DNA of 64,000 nt from Bacteroidota bacterium (GCA_947459245.1 CANHCV010000002.1:6217-70216), one strand, 5' to 3'; shown: positions 10,397 through 20,016, numbered from the stretch's first letter. Numbers and translations are program-made. Notes: generated by a model not told the origin, from the letters alone.

Positions 10397-11232
10397 AAAT
10401 TATCATCGCAGGAGGAACCGGATTTGTTGGTCGAGCTTTGGCGAAAGAACTCCAAGCGAAACAACACCGCGTTGAAATCATTTCTCGAAAAACCCATGGA
10501 AATTGGGATTCAGCCGATGCGCTGGATCCCAATTTTTTTTTAGAGGCCGATGTCGTAATTAATTTGGCAGGAGCTGGAATTGCCGACCGTCGTTGGTCTG
10601 CCGAACGAAAATCGGAAATCATTCAATCTCGGGTGCAGACCACCCAAAAATGGGTGAATCTTTTGCAACACACATCGCGTCCAATAACGTTCATCCAAGC
10701 ATCAGCGGTTGGGTATTACGGAAGTGAAATTCACCTTCCACCCGCCGATGAAGAAACCTCACCCGGCAACGATTTTCTGTCGGAAGTATGTGTGAAATGG
10801 GAGGCACCGTTGGCATCTCTTTCCAATCCAAACGTTCGGTGGTGCATCACTCGCTTTGGGGTGGTAACCGATGAAGGGGGAGGAGCGGTGAAAAAAATGT
10901 TGCCTTTGTTCCGCCTTGGTTTTGGCTCGGCGGTTGCCCCGGGCAAACAGTGGATGAACCCGGTTTCCTTGGCCTCGGTGGTAAATGTTTTGATCCAACT
11001 GATTCAGCGCCCCGAGTATTCAGGGGTTTTCAATGTGGTTCAACCGCAAAATTATACGGCCGAAGGATTCGCGAAGCAATTGGGAAGAAAACTAAATCGG
11101 CCGGTTTGGTTTCCCAAAGTACCCGCTTGGTTGATGCGGTTGGTTTTTGGAGAAATGGCCGATGTATTGGTAAAAGGTAGAAAAGTGAAGTCCAAAAGAC
11201 TTCCTTCTTCCTGGTTTATTGATCCATTTTAA
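10393..11232 (+). CDS. NAD-dependent epimerase/dehydratase of the TIGR01777 / YfcH (SDR39U1, DUF1731-containing) family
   Basis: N-terminal Rossmann motif MKIIIAGGTGFVGRAL and overall YfcH-like architecture of about 280 aa. The ATG overlaps the TGA stop of the giant adhesin gene (ATGA at 10393-10396). Confidence 0.8.
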   Translation: MKIIIAGGTGFVGRALAKELQAKQHRVEIISRKTHGNWDSADALDPNFFLEADVVINLAGAGIADRRWSAERKSEIIQSRVQTTQKWVNLLQHTSRPITFIQASAVGYYGSEIHLPPADEETSPGNDFLSEVCVKWEAPLASLSNPNVRWCITRFGVVTDEGGGAVKKMLPLFRLGFGSAVAPGKQWMNPVSLASVVNVLIQLIQRPEYSGVFNVVQPQNYTAEGFAKQLGRKLNRPVWFPKVPAWLMRLVFGEMADVLVKGRKVKSKRLPSSWFIDPF

Positions 11233-11990
11233 TGCGCTTCCAATAATTTTTGAGCAAAAACATCGGGCAACTCAGTTTGCCGGATGGCAGCAGCAGCCTT
11301 ATCAACTGGATATTCAAAGCGTTGAAATTCAACCTTGAAGCTGTTTTCGTTGGAATAGGGAAGGGTAACATCCAAATCTAAAATCACATAGCCGCCGCGA
11401 GGGTCTCCGTCCTTGGGTTTTCCTACACTCCCCAAATTGATGGCGTGAAACCTTTTTTCTTCAGAAAATAAGGTGCGATGGTAAGGAATATGGGTATGTC
11501 CGAAACACATCACATCGCAATGAGATTGCTCGAAAATGCGGATTAAACTTTTCTCTTCCCGATCTTCAAACAAATATTCATTCACCTTGCGCGGACTCCC
11601 GTGCACCAACATCATTCGTTTGGATTCATCCGCAAACGGCAAGTCCAGGTGAATGTGTTGTGGAAGTTGCCGCAAATATTTCCGCTCTTCGTTGCCAATA
11701 TTGGCATTGGTGAAGGCGATGGATTTGGCTCCATTGGCGCGGTCTTCATCGGTTTTATAAGCGCATCCGCAATCGTCGCTGTTTAATCCCACTCCAACGT
11801 CGTAATTCCCAGCGATGCAGGGAATTTTTCTTTTTCGAATTTCTTGAACAACTTCATTGGGCCAAGGGGCATAACCAACCAAATCGCCTAGGCAGTACCA
11901 AGCATCAATATTTTGTTCCTCAACATGTTGGAAAAAGGCCTGCAAGGCAGGAAGATTGGCGTGAATATCGCTGAAAAGGGCTATTCTCAT
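11229..11990 (-). CDS. Calcineurin-like metallophosphoesterase (YfcE/MPP family)
   Basis: Motifs [17 protein letters not shown] and GHTH are typical of metallophosphatases. The ATG overlaps the acr3 stop (ATGA at 11987-11990). Confidence 0.75.
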   Translation of the reverse strand: MRIALFSDIHANLPALQAFFQHVEEQNIDAWYCLGDLVGYAPWPNEVVQEIRKRKIPCIAGNYDVGVGLNSDDCGCAYKTDEDRANGAKSIAFTNANIGNEERKYLRQLPQHIHLDLPFADESKRMMLVHGSPRKVNEYLFEDREEKSLIRIFEQSHCDVMCFGHTHIPYHRTLFSEEKRFHAINLGSVGKPKDGDPRGGYVILDLDVTLPYSNENSFKVEFQRFEYPVDKAAAAIRQTELPDVFAQKLLEAH

Positions 11991-13036
11991 GAGAAGTATT
12001 TCTTTTTAAACCAAAAACTCAAATTCACCAAAAGAATGAGGGCAGGCACTTCAATCAATGGACCAATCACGCCAACAAAAGCCTCTCCAGAGTGAATACC
12101 AAAAACTCCTACCGCCACGGCAATAGCGAGTTCAAAATTGTTTCCCGTGGCGGTGAATGCGATGGAGGCCGAACGCGAGTAATCTGCTCCGTAAAATTTT
12201 CCAACAAAAAAACTTACCACGAACATGATGAGGAAATATAGAACGAGTGGGATGGATACTTTGATAACGTCGAAAGGAATTTCTACGACCGATTTGCCCT
12301 TGAGGGAAAACATGTAAACGATGGTAAGAAGAAGGGCAACCAACGTAATCGGCGAAATTTTTGGTAGAAATTCCTGTTGGTACCAGCTTTCCCCATTGAA
12401 ACGAATCATGAGTTTTCTCAAAAAGTAACCAACCACAAAGGGAATGCCGAGGTAAATTCCCACCGATGTAGCGACATCAAGCATGGGTATTTGGACGGAA
12501 TCGGAAGATATTCCCAATCCATTCAAAAGAACATCCGTAAAAAAGTAAGTATAAACCGAATAGAGTAAAACCTGAAAAATGCTGTTCAACGCAACCAACC
12601 CCGCGGCATATTCTCGATTCCCTTCCGCCAAATCGTTCCACACCACCACCATGGCAATGCACCGAGCTAACCCAATGAGAATAAGTCCAACCATGTAATG
12701 CGGTTGGTCCGATAAAAAGAGAACGGCCAAACCAAACATTAAAATGGGACCAATAATCCAGTTGAGGAGAAGGGATGCGAGAAGTACTTTTTTATTGGAA
12801 AAAACCTTTCCCATTTCCTCGTAACGCACTTTCGCCAAAGGCGGAATCATCATAAGGATAAGGCCGATGGCCAAAGGAATGTTGGTAGATGTTCCTTCTG
12901 AGGAAGAGAAATAAACGGAATTTTGAGGGATGATGTTCCCCAGAAAAATTCCCAATCCCATGGCTAAGAAAATCCAAAGGGTTAGGAAACGATCAAGAAA
13001 GCCGAGTTTTTTTCGTTGCGAATGAGTGGTTTCCAT
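11987..13036 (-). CDS. acr3: Arsenite efflux transporter of the ACR3 family
   Basis: A polytopic membrane protein of 349 aa carrying the ACR3 signature [18 protein letters not shown] (conserved Cys). It lies directly downstream of arsR. Confidence 0.9.
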   Translation of the reverse strand: METTHSQRKKLGFLDRFLTLWIFLAMGLGIFLGNIIPQNSVYFSSSEGTSTNIPLAIGLILMMIPPLAKVRYEEMGKVFSNKKVLLASLLLNWIIGPILMFGLAVLFLSDQPHYMVGLILIGLARCIAMVVVWNDLAEGNREYAAGLVALNSIFQVLLYSVYTYFFTDVLLNGLGISSDSVQIPMLDVATSVGIYLGIPFVVGYFLRKLMIRFNGESWYQQEFLPKISPITLVALLLTIVYMFSLKGKSVVEIPFDVIKVSIPLVLYFLIMFVVSFFVGKFYGADYSRSASIAFTATGNNFELAIAVAVGVFGIHSGEAFVGVIGPLIEVPALILLVNLSFWFKKKYFS

Positions 13037-13042
13037 GGAGGG

Positions 13043-13384
13043 TTAGCATTTTTTCTTTTTGATCTGTTTGGCCGCATCTTTGAAAAAATCCCTCAAATCC
13101 TTGAAGATTTCCCGATTCAAGCAATAACAAACCGAGGTACCCGAAACGGTGCCTTGAATGATTCCCACCTGTTTTAATTCCCGAAGGTGTTGGGAAATGG
13201 TGGCTTGGGCCAATGGAAGTTTAATCACCAGGTCTCCGCAAATGCAGGTTTCCTGTTCGAGAAGATATTGAACAATGGCCAAACGAGCGGGATGGCCAAG
13301 CGCTTTTAGTAGATTTGCCCGATCAACCAATTCAGAATCAAACGGCTCTGTTTTCGTAATTCCCATAATGTTGCTTTGATGCAA
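13043..13384 (-). CDS. arsR: ArsR-family metalloregulator
   Basis: HTH signature LAIVQYLLEQETCICGDLV, equivalent to the ELCVCDL As(III)-binding motif. It is followed by acr3. Confidence 0.85.
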   Translation of the reverse strand: MHQSNIMGITKTEPFDSELVDRANLLKALGHPARLAIVQYLLEQETCICGDLVIKLPLAQATISQHLRELKQVGIIQGTVSGTSVCYCLNREIFKDLRDFFKDAAKQIKKKKC

Positions 13385-13437
13385 TATTACGATGGAATAA
13401 AGATTTAGAGAACACTCTTTTTGGAATTAAGAAAAAA

Positions 13438-14085
13438 TTAATGATTTGAGATGCGGTAGCGGAGGTATTTGATGGGAATTCCCATGGCCAAAAACTTGGT
13501 TTCAAAAACGGTTTTGATGGAAAGGATATCATCAACAAAAGATTCTTGGTACAAATCTTTGGTGAGTACGTCGATGGTATAGCCGCGCTCTTGGGCAACC
13601 TCTACTGAAAAATCAAAAAGCATTTCGTTGTCGGTTTTTAAATGGACGATGGCTTCTTTTTTCAGGAATTGGGTGTAAAGGTCCAACATCCGGTTGGAGG
13701 TTAACCGTTTGCTGATTTTTGATTTTTTAGGCTGTGGATCGGGGAAAGTGATCCAAATCTCACTGATTTCTTCGGGTGCGAAATAGGTATTGATCTTTTC
13801 AATTTGCGTTCGAAGGAAAGCAACATTTTCAAGTCCTTGCTCTTGGGATTGGGTTGCTCCATGCCACATCCGTGCACCTTTAATGTCGATCCCAATGAAA
13901 TTCTTCTCGGGAAAACGTTGCGCGAGGCCAATGGTATACGTGCCGGTTCCGCAACCGACTTCGAGCACGATGGGGTTTTCGTTTTTAAAGAAGGTGTTCC
14001 ACGTGCCCGCAACGTTTTCTGGATATTCGAAAACATGCCGCATTTCTTTCATTTCGGCAAAGTGCTTGAGTTTTCTTCGAGACAT
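13438..14085 (-). CDS. trmB: tRNA (guanine46-N7)-methyltransferase
   Basis: SAM-binding motif LEVGCGTG and TrmB-like length and conservation (NFIGIDIKG, ISEIWITFPDP). Confidence 0.85.
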   Translation of the reverse strand: MSRRKLKHFAEMKEMRHVFEYPENVAGTWNTFFKNENPIVLEVGCGTGTYTIGLAQRFPEKNFIGIDIKGARMWHGATQSQEQGLENVAFLRTQIEKINTYFAPEEISEIWITFPDPQPKKSKISKRLTSNRMLDLYTQFLKKEAIVHLKTDNEMLFDFSVEVAQERGYTIDVLTKDLYQESFVDDILSIKTVFETKFLAMGIPIKYLRYRISNH

Positions 14086-14091
14086 ATTGGT

Positions 14092-14120
14092 AAAAAAAAA
14101 TCCCGCATGTGCGGGATTGT
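14092..14120 (-). terminator. Rho-independent terminator downstream of tRNA-Val, readable in both directions
   Basis: Perfect palindrome tcccgcatgtgcggga at 14104-14119, followed on the minus strand by a T9 run (plus-strand A9 at 14092-14100). Confidence 0.5.
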
Positions 14121-14122
14121 TG

Positions 14123-14197
14123 TGGGAGCTAAGGGATTCGAACCCCTGACCCTCTGCTTGTAAGGCAGATGCTCTGAACCAGCTGAGCTAAGCTCCC
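14123..14197 (-). tRNA. tRNA-Val (anticodon TAC)
   Basis: The reverse complement GGGAGCTTAGCTCAGCTGGTTCAGAGCATCTGCCTTACAAGCAGAGGGTCAGGGGTTCGAATCCCTTAGCTCCCA folds as a cloverleaf. It has a D-loop AGCTCAGCTGG, an anticodon loop CTTACAA and a T-loop GGTTCGAATCC. Confidence 0.85.
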
Positions 14198-14301
14198 TTG
14201 TGTTTGGGACTGCAAATATGAAACAAAATTTTAAAAAAAACAAGACGCTAAAATTTTTTTTTTCGCCTAATTTTACCTTAACTCAAGTAAACCAACAGCC
14301 T

Positions 14302-14763
14302 ATGCAAAAAATGCTACACATTTTTTTCCTTTTCTTTCTTCTAATGGGCTGCAATAACGCTAATCAGGCGGATGCGGAGTACTTTAGTGAAGAGCTGGAA
14401 TCATCAGCGGAGATCGATTCGCCGTTGGTAACAAGAGACCAAACCATTCAAAAGGTAACCGCAAATCAATTGGTTCAAATGCTTGCACTGGATAAGGCCT
14501 ATTTAATCGATAGCCGTTCTGTTGAGGAATACAACGAAAAAAGAATTGGCAATGCCATTCATTTCAATATCGACCAAAAAGAAGAAGCGGAATCGAAGTT
14601 TAAAAGTTTAGATCAAACCCGAACGTTTTACATCTACGGTAAAAATGAAGCTCAAATTCAGAATTTGGGGAAATGGCTCATCAAACAAGGTGTAAATCAG
14701 GTTTACATTTTAGACGGTGGCCTTCAAGCCTGGGAGGAAGCTCAACTTCCTACGATTCATTGA
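14302..14763 (+). CDS. Rhodanese-domain lipoprotein
   Basis: Lipoprotein signal peptide MQKMLHIFFLFFLLMGC. The C-terminal rhodanese fold reads YLIDSRSVEEYNEKRIGNAIHFNI...FYIYGKNEAQ. The ORF-track start at 14200 is probably an upstream extension. Confidence 0.65.
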   Translation: MQKMLHIFFLFFLLMGCNNANQADAEYFSEELESSAEIDSPLVTRDQTIQKVTANQLVQMLALDKAYLIDSRSVEEYNEKRIGNAIHFNIDQKEEAESKFKSLDQTRTFYIYGKNEAQIQNLGKWLIKQGVNQVYILDGGLQAWEEAQLPTIH

Positions 14764-14995
14764 TCTGAATTTGTTCGGAAATTTTGTTCTGAAGCTCGCT
14801 AATTTCTTGTTCTGTTACTGGGATTTCATTCATCTTTTTTGCCATGAACGACCGAAATGCTGTTTCAAATTCGTAAATGCAACGGCAATCCTGGCAACCG
14901 TTTACGTGCTTCAAAAGTAATTCTGTTTGTTCGTTGTTGGCTTCGCCATCCAAATAAAGTTGGATCAAATGAAGCAAGGTTTTACAGTCCATCAT
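14750..14995 (-). CDS. Zinc-finger (zf-HC2) anti-sigma factor
   Basis: H-x3-C...C-x2-C arrangement (HLIQLYLDGE...CQDCRC). It lies directly downstream of the ECF sigma factor gene and overlaps it by 14 bp. Confidence 0.6.
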   Translation of the reverse strand: MMDCKTLLHLIQLYLDGEANNEQTELLLKHVNGCQDCRCIYEFETAFRSFMAKKMNEIPVTEQEISELQNKISEQIQINES

Positions 14996-15620
14996 CTTCG
15001 TCTTCGGTTTTAAATCCTAGGCCTTTGGCGTATGCCGTTAGTTGTTTTTTGAGGTGATTTCTAGCTCGGTGCAAACGGCTTCGAACGGTTCCAATTGGTA
15101 CTTTGAAAATTGCGGCCAATTCTTCGTAGGAAAATCCCTCTAAATCGGCCAATAAAAACGTCATTCGGTAATCTGCCGGCAGCGAATTGATGGCCATGGT
15201 CATTTCATCTCCGATTAATTGACCGAAAATTTCCGTACTTAGGTTTTGAGCGTGCATGGTAATCTGCCCGTCTTCGTCGCCCGTTTCTTCTTCCAAAGCA
15301 TCGTATCCCGAGAAAGTGGCTTCTTTGCTTTTCTTTCGGTAGAAGGAATAAAACTCATTTTTGAGAATTTTAAAGAGCCAGGCCTTCGCGTTCGTGCCTT
15401 CTTCGAAATAATGCATGAAACGAAAGGCCTTGATGAAGGTTTCTTGAACCAAGTCTTGAGCAAGGTCTTCTTCCTTTACCAAAGTCTTTGCGAACCGAAG
15501 CAAGGCACCCAAATGAGGATAAAATTCTCGCTCAAAACGGTGTTTCCTGAGTTGGATTTCCTGCTCCGTAAGCTGGGGTTTTTCTTGAAACCCTTCTTCC
15601 AATTCAAAATTGTCTTCCAT
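14982..15620 (-). CDS. ECF-subfamily RNA polymerase sigma-70 factor
   Basis: Sigma70 region 2 (LVQETFIKAFR) and region 4 (SYEELAAIFKVPIGTVRSRLHRAR). Confidence 0.85.
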   Translation of the reverse strand: MEDNFELEEGFQEKPQLTEQEIQLRKHRFEREFYPHLGALLRFAKTLVKEEDLAQDLVQETFIKAFRFMHYFEEGTNAKAWLFKILKNEFYSFYRKKSKEATFSGYDALEEETGDEDGQITMHAQNLSTEIFGQLIGDEMTMAINSLPADYRMTFLLADLEGFSYEELAAIFKVPIGTVRSRLHRARNHLKKQLTAYAKGLGFKTEDEDDGL

Positions 15621-15656
15621 AAAAAAAGTCCCGCTCGAGAGCGGGACAAATCTAGT

Positions 15657-17390
15657 TTATTTTTTTGGACTTGTAGTAGGTGTTTTTGCCTTACCTGTTT
15701 TTGGGTCTACCGGTTTACCACCTTTTGGATCTGTGGCTGGGGTATTCCCTTTAGCAGGAACCGTTTGTTTTCTGCTTGTTCCTTGGAAATTAATGATTCG
15801 CTGAGCGGTGCTGTTCATCGGATCTAAGGCTAAAACCTTGGCCGCAAATTCTTTGGCCATTGGAATGTTATCCTTCTGAACGTTGTAGGTCATCAAATAA
15901 CTCAAGGCATCTTGTTGATCTTTCTTGAACTTGGATTTATCTGCTGTTGATGTATCAACCATCATCAAGAATTGCTTGAAGAAGGTTGTTGCTTCAGCAA
16001 ATTGAAGGGCGGTATCGGTTTGAGCATTCGTTTTTGCACGCCACAAATAACCCAAATAGGCTTCAGGTTTAGCAGCAATAACCTTAGAGAAAGCAGAATC
16101 TGCAGAAACAAAATTTTTCGCAAAATAGTAAGCACGGCCAACAGTAAAGTAATCGGCAGCCGACACTTTAGGAAGGTAGGAGTTTTTGGTTTCGAATGCC
16201 ATGGCCGCATCGTTGTAACGACGGGCTTTGTTGTACACATCACCAATCTCACCCCAAAGTTCGGTGCGCTTGGTAGAATCCAAAGAAATGGCTTTTTTGA
16301 AGCTTTCAACGGCTGCATCAACATTGCCGGTTTTGGCATTGATTCTTCCAGAATACTCGTAATCGTTAACAATGATTTTACTAGAGTTTGCCTTAGAGAA
16401 AAATAGGTTAATGTTTTGTAGTGCAGCGTTGAATAAGCTATCGCCTTCTTCTTTGGAAGCAGCTTTTTTACCTTGTTCGAAATTTCCGTAAGCGATCAAA
16501 CGGTAAAGAATAGGGTTCGAAGCATCTACTTTTTGAATCTTCACAATCTCTTGGTTGGCCTTTTCGTAATCATCGCTCAAGAATAAAAATGAAGCATAGC
16601 GGGTTTCGGCCTCAATGGTCACGTCGGCAATCTGAAGGTAGGTGTTGTAATTTTCGGCAGCGGCCTTGTACTTTTTAGCTTGAAATTCCAATTCTCCGAG
16701 GCCGCGGTAGGCTGGAGCATATTGCATGTCTTTGTTGATGGACTGCTCGTAAGCAGCTTTGGAATCGCTGTAGTTTTTGTTGCGGAAGAAAATTTCTCCA
16801 ATGCGCTCGTGTGGGCGACCGGAAGACGGATTCATCAATGCAGCATCTTCGTAATTGTTAACGGCAGCACCACCGGAATCTGGGAACGTCATGTAATAAT
16901 CGCCCCAAGCCATCTTCACTTCAAAATCGTCTTTCTTGGCCAATTTTGCGCGATTCAAATAGTTCCAAGCCGCATCGGTGTTTCTCGCTTTTTCTGAATA
17001 TAAAGCACGAGCTGCCTCGGTAAGAACTTTTACGTTTTTGGCTTCCAACTTTACGGCTACCGCCATTTCGGTGGATAAAGCCATGGCGTCTCCGCCATTT
17101 TTCAATTTCATTTGAATTTGTCCAATTTTTGGAAGAGCCTTTTTCGGATTTGCAGCTACTCCAAGGTCGAAACAAATGCTGGCCGAATCGAATTGCTCGG
17201 TTGCTTGGTACACTTTACCTAAGTAGAAGTAAATTTCGGCGTCGTTGCCTTTTCCAATTAATCCTTTCAATTGATTTTTAGCTTCATTGAAACGGTGGGA
17301 ATACAAGGCATTCAAGCCTTCGTTCAAACTTTGTGCGGATGCGGCAACGATGCTCATCAACGCGACGAATGAAAAGAGAATTTTTTTCAC
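15657..17390 (-). CDS. Secreted tetratricopeptide-repeat protein with a Lys/Pro-rich C-terminal tail
   Basis: Signal peptide MKKILFSFVALMSIVAASAQ. Multiple TPR-like A/Y/L-rich helical repeats. The tail reads PAKGNTPATDPKGGKPVDPKTGKAKTPTTSPKK. Confidence 0.75.
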   Translation of the reverse strand: MKKILFSFVALMSIVAASAQSLNEGLNALYSHRFNEAKNQLKGLIGKGNDAEIYFYLGKVYQATEQFDSASICFDLGVAANPKKALPKIGQIQMKLKNGGDAMALSTEMAVAVKLEAKNVKVLTEAARALYSEKARNTDAAWNYLNRAKLAKKDDFEVKMAWGDYYMTFPDSGGAAVNNYEDAALMNPSSGRPHERIGEIFFRNKNYSDSKAAYEQSINKDMQYAPAYRGLGELEFQAKKYKAAAENYNTYLQIADVTIEAETRYASFLFLSDDYEKANQEIVKIQKVDASNPILYRLIAYGNFEQGKKAASKEEGDSLFNAALQNINLFFSKANSSKIIVNDYEYSGRINAKTGNVDAAVESFKKAISLDSTKRTELWGEIGDVYNKARRYNDAAMAFETKNSYLPKVSAADYFTVGRAYYFAKNFVSADSAFSKVIAAKPEAYLGYLWRAKTNAQTDTALQFAEATTFFKQFLMMVDTSTADKSKFKKDQQDALSYLMTYNVQKDNIPMAKEFAAKVLALDPMNSTAQRIINFQGTSRKQTVPAKGNTPATDPKGGKPVDPKTGKAKTPTTSPKK

Positions 17391-17394
17391 GGAT

Positions 17395-18327
17395 TTATTG
17401 TTTTATACTTTGAATTCGAATGTTTTGGGTGGCGGGTAATAGGCCAGATTTTAGGAAAATAAGTTGGCCTTTGGGCCCCGCCATGTAGGCATTGAAGCCC
17501 AAGGCCAAACCGGCATACGATTGGCGGGAAATGGCGAAAACTTCACGGGTAAATGGATATTTTTTCTGAGCCATGTACGCTTGAAAGGGTTGATACCCTT
17601 CTCCTCGATCGCGGCTAACTTCGGTAGCGGCAATTTCAGCAACTTTAATTTTTGAAAGAAAAGAAACCATTTGGGGATCGTCTGGATCGCAAACCCAACT
17701 CACCGGAATAACACCCAACGAATTGGGATGTTCGGCTACCCAGTCAATCACTTTTTGGTAATCTTGTGTTGCCGTTATGGTTGATGGAAAATCTTTCTTT
17801 CCCAAAAACAAATCTTTTAAGGTTCGGGCGCTGCTTCCGCCAGCGTTATCCATCACCAATTGAATTTTCCCCGTTTTTTTTCCTTTTGCCACATCTTTCC
17901 AATCGGTGATTTCTCCTGTAACGATTTGACGAATTTCGTCGTAGGTGAGGCAGGTATCTGCAATGGAAGGATGAAGGAGAAAAGCCAAGGCATCGTAGGC
18001 CAGAGGTGTAACCTTAGGAACAACCTTAATGCTGCGGAGGTATTTTTCTTCTTGAGCCGATAGGCGTCGACTTGAAATGATCACCTTGGCGGAATCGTTG
18101 ATGAATTGTTTCCAAGATTCTACTTCAGTGAGGTATTTTACCCGAACGTCGGCATACGGATATTGAACAGTAAATGCTCGAATTTCAGAATCGACAATCG
18201 GTTGGTAAGCCGCATCGGCAACAACCGAAAGAACTCCCGAAGTGGGGGTATCAGACGGTTGATTCGTCTTTTCTCCGTTGGAGCAGGCTGCTCCGATAAG
18301 GAGTAAAAGGATTCCGAGCTTACGCAT
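17395..18327 (-). CDS. PstS-like phosphate-binding (type 2 periplasmic-binding fold) lipoprotein
   Basis: Lipoprotein signal MRKLGILLLLIGAAC and PBP-fold conservation. It sits in the conserved Bacteroidota tonB-exbBD neighbourhood. Confidence 0.7.
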   Translation of the reverse strand: MRKLGILLLLIGAACSNGEKTNQPSDTPTSGVLSVVADAAYQPIVDSEIRAFTVQYPYADVRVKYLTEVESWKQFINDSAKVIISSRRLSAQEEKYLRSIKVVPKVTPLAYDALAFLLHPSIADTCLTYDEIRQIVTGEITDWKDVAKGKKTGKIQLVMDNAGGSSARTLKDLFLGKKDFPSTITATQDYQKVIDWVAEHPNSLGVIPVSWVCDPDDPQMVSFLSKIKVAEIAATEVSRDRGEGYQPFQAYMAQKKYPFTREVFAISRQSYAGLALGFNAYMAGPKGQLIFLKSGLLPATQNIRIQSIKQ

Positions 18328-18535
18328 TTTCTTTTTTATTTTTCAAACGAATCCATCGAAAGATGGACATTCCAACACAGGCAGCTCCCAAAAAGTAGGC
18401 CAATTTGGGTTGAGCAAATTTGGAGGCCGAAACCAGACAGAAGATTCCGATTCCAGCATAGGCCACAATGGCCAGCCAAAGAAAAAGCCGGGACACCCGA
18501 CGAAAGCTTTTCGTAGTTGATCCCGGCTCTTTCAA
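18320..18535 (-). CDS. Small two-helix membrane protein (hypothetical)
   Basis: A 71-aa ORF that exactly fills the gap between tonB and the PstS-like gene, with two hydrophobic stretches (LFLWLAIVAYAGIGIFCLV and LAYFLGAACVGMSIF). Confidence 0.35.
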   Translation of the reverse strand: MKEPGSTTKSFRRVSRLFLWLAIVAYAGIGIFCLVSASKFAQPKLAYFLGAACVGMSIFRWIRLKNKKENA

Positions 18536-18541
18536 GTGGAT

Positions 18542-19360
18542 TTATTCTTTAATTCCGAATCGGAATGGTAGGTTAATCAATACCGAAACGGCTTTACCGT
18601 TTTGTTTACCTGCAGACCAGTTGGGCATCTTTTTGATGGCCGACATGGAAGCTTCATCCAACAAAGGGTGAACCTTACGAACCACGTGGGCATCTTTGAT
18701 ATCGCCGGTGCGATCTACGGTGAACTGAACGATAACGGTACCGTCGATGCCGTTTTCACGGGCAGCGGCAGGGTAGGGAGTGTTTTTCAACAACCATTCG
18801 TTCAAAGCTTCTTCTCCACCTGGGAATCGAGGCATTTGTTCAACCGACATGAAGGGCTTATCGTCTTCACCATCGTCGATGATGTCTTTGTCTCCGTTTC
18901 CAGTATCGTCCAAAAGCGATAAATCAACGCCACGATCGGGATCTCCTTGTTGGTTTTTGGTAGAAATATCTACGTCTTTCAACTCGTCGATTTCCTTGAT
19001 CATGTTTTCTTCGTTCACTTGGTTATCGTCAACGATTTCGGGTGGGGTGTAGGCCACGGTTGTTTTCAACGGTGGTGGTGGTTCGAATTCGGGTTCTTCG
19101 GGCTTTTGCTCTTCTGGTTCTTGAACGTCAACCACTTCAGCATCGGTTTTTACCACTACTTCTTCTTTGAACCGTTCTTTGATGGCCGCAATGATGGCGG
19201 GTGCAAGAATAGCCAGAACGAAGAGGGAAACCGAAACAGCTAAAGCAACTCCAGCATTTTTTCCTCGACCTTTTCGAATTTGGTAGGCTCCGTATTCTTT
19301 GTTTTTCCCTTCGAATACGAGATCGCTCCAATCTTTGTCAAATATGTCGTTTCCGATCAT
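18542..19360 (-). CDS. tonB: Energy transducer TonB
   Basis: N-terminal anchor, a Pro/Glu-rich spacer (EPEEQKPEEPEFEPPPP) and a C-terminal TonB domain (MPRFPGGEEAL...GTVIVQFTVDRTG). Confidence 0.85.
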   Translation of the reverse strand: MIGNDIFDKDWSDLVFEGKNKEYGAYQIRKGRGKNAGVALAVSVSLFVLAILAPAIIAAIKERFKEEVVVKTDAEVVDVQEPEEQKPEEPEFEPPPPLKTTVAYTPPEIVDDNQVNEENMIKEIDELKDVDISTKNQQGDPDRGVDLSLLDDTGNGDKDIIDDGEDDKPFMSVEQMPRFPGGEEALNEWLLKNTPYPAAARENGIDGTVIVQFTVDRTGDIKDAHVVRKVHPLLDEASMSAIKKMPNWSAGKQNGKAVSVLINLPFRFGIKE

Positions 19361-19362
19361 GA

Positions 19363-19998
19363 TTACTTCAGGTTTTTAGCGGTTAGCATGGCTTTTTCTT
19401 GATCGTTGAGATCAACAATAGCGTATTTACCAATTTCGCAAATGTTCAATTCATCTACAATGTCCACCAAATTTTTGTACTTGGAGTTATCCGTTGCTTT
19501 AATCAACATGGTGGTAGCGAGTTTTTCGCCTTTGATTCCTGAAATTTCTTTGCGAAGCGCTTCCATTTGTGCCGCCGAAGGGTTGTTTGGAAGTTTTGAT
19601 TTCGCAGCTTTGATTTTAGAAATCCAAGGGGCCTGCTTGGCCAAAAGCACATCGCGAATGCCGCCGCTTGCAGCGAATGACGATACTTTGATGCTATCGG
19701 CTACGGCAGGGGTGTTTCCTTCGTAGTAATAAACCTTACCAAATTCACCGAGAATAACGGTGATCGCTGAACTTTCAGCTACTTTGGTTTGGTCATCTTG
19801 TTTTACTTTTTCTTTTGAGGGTAAATTAACCTCCATGGTTTGCGGTTTGCTCATGGTGGTGGTAAGCATGAAGAACGTAATCAACAAGAAACCTAAATCC
19901 ACCATGGGGGTGAAATCGATTCGGGTTGACTGTTTCTTCCCTTTGGGTTTACCACCTTTGTGTTTGCCACCGCCATCGCCGCCTAATTCTGCTGCCAT
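19363..19998 (-). CDS. exbD: Biopolymer transport protein ExbD/TolR
   Basis: ExbD signature TPMVDLGFLLITFFMLTT. Confidence 0.85.
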   Translation of the reverse strand: MAAELGGDGGGKHKGGKPKGKKQSTRIDFTPMVDLGFLLITFFMLTTTMSKPQTMEVNLPSKEKVKQDDQTKVAESSAITVILGEFGKVYYYEGNTPAVADSIKVSSFAASGGIRDVLLAKQAPWISKIKAAKSKLPNNPSAAQMEALRKEISGIKGEKLATTMLIKATDNSKYKNLVDIVDELNICEIGKYAIVDLNDQEKAMLTAKNLK

Positions 19999-20016
19999 TT
20001 TCTTGTTTTTATGGGG

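Noticed and set aside
15246-15827. A 193-aa ORF on the plus strand
   Set aside because: It is antisense to the ECF sigma-factor gene and the 3' end of the TPR gene. The product is F/L-rich and nonsensical.
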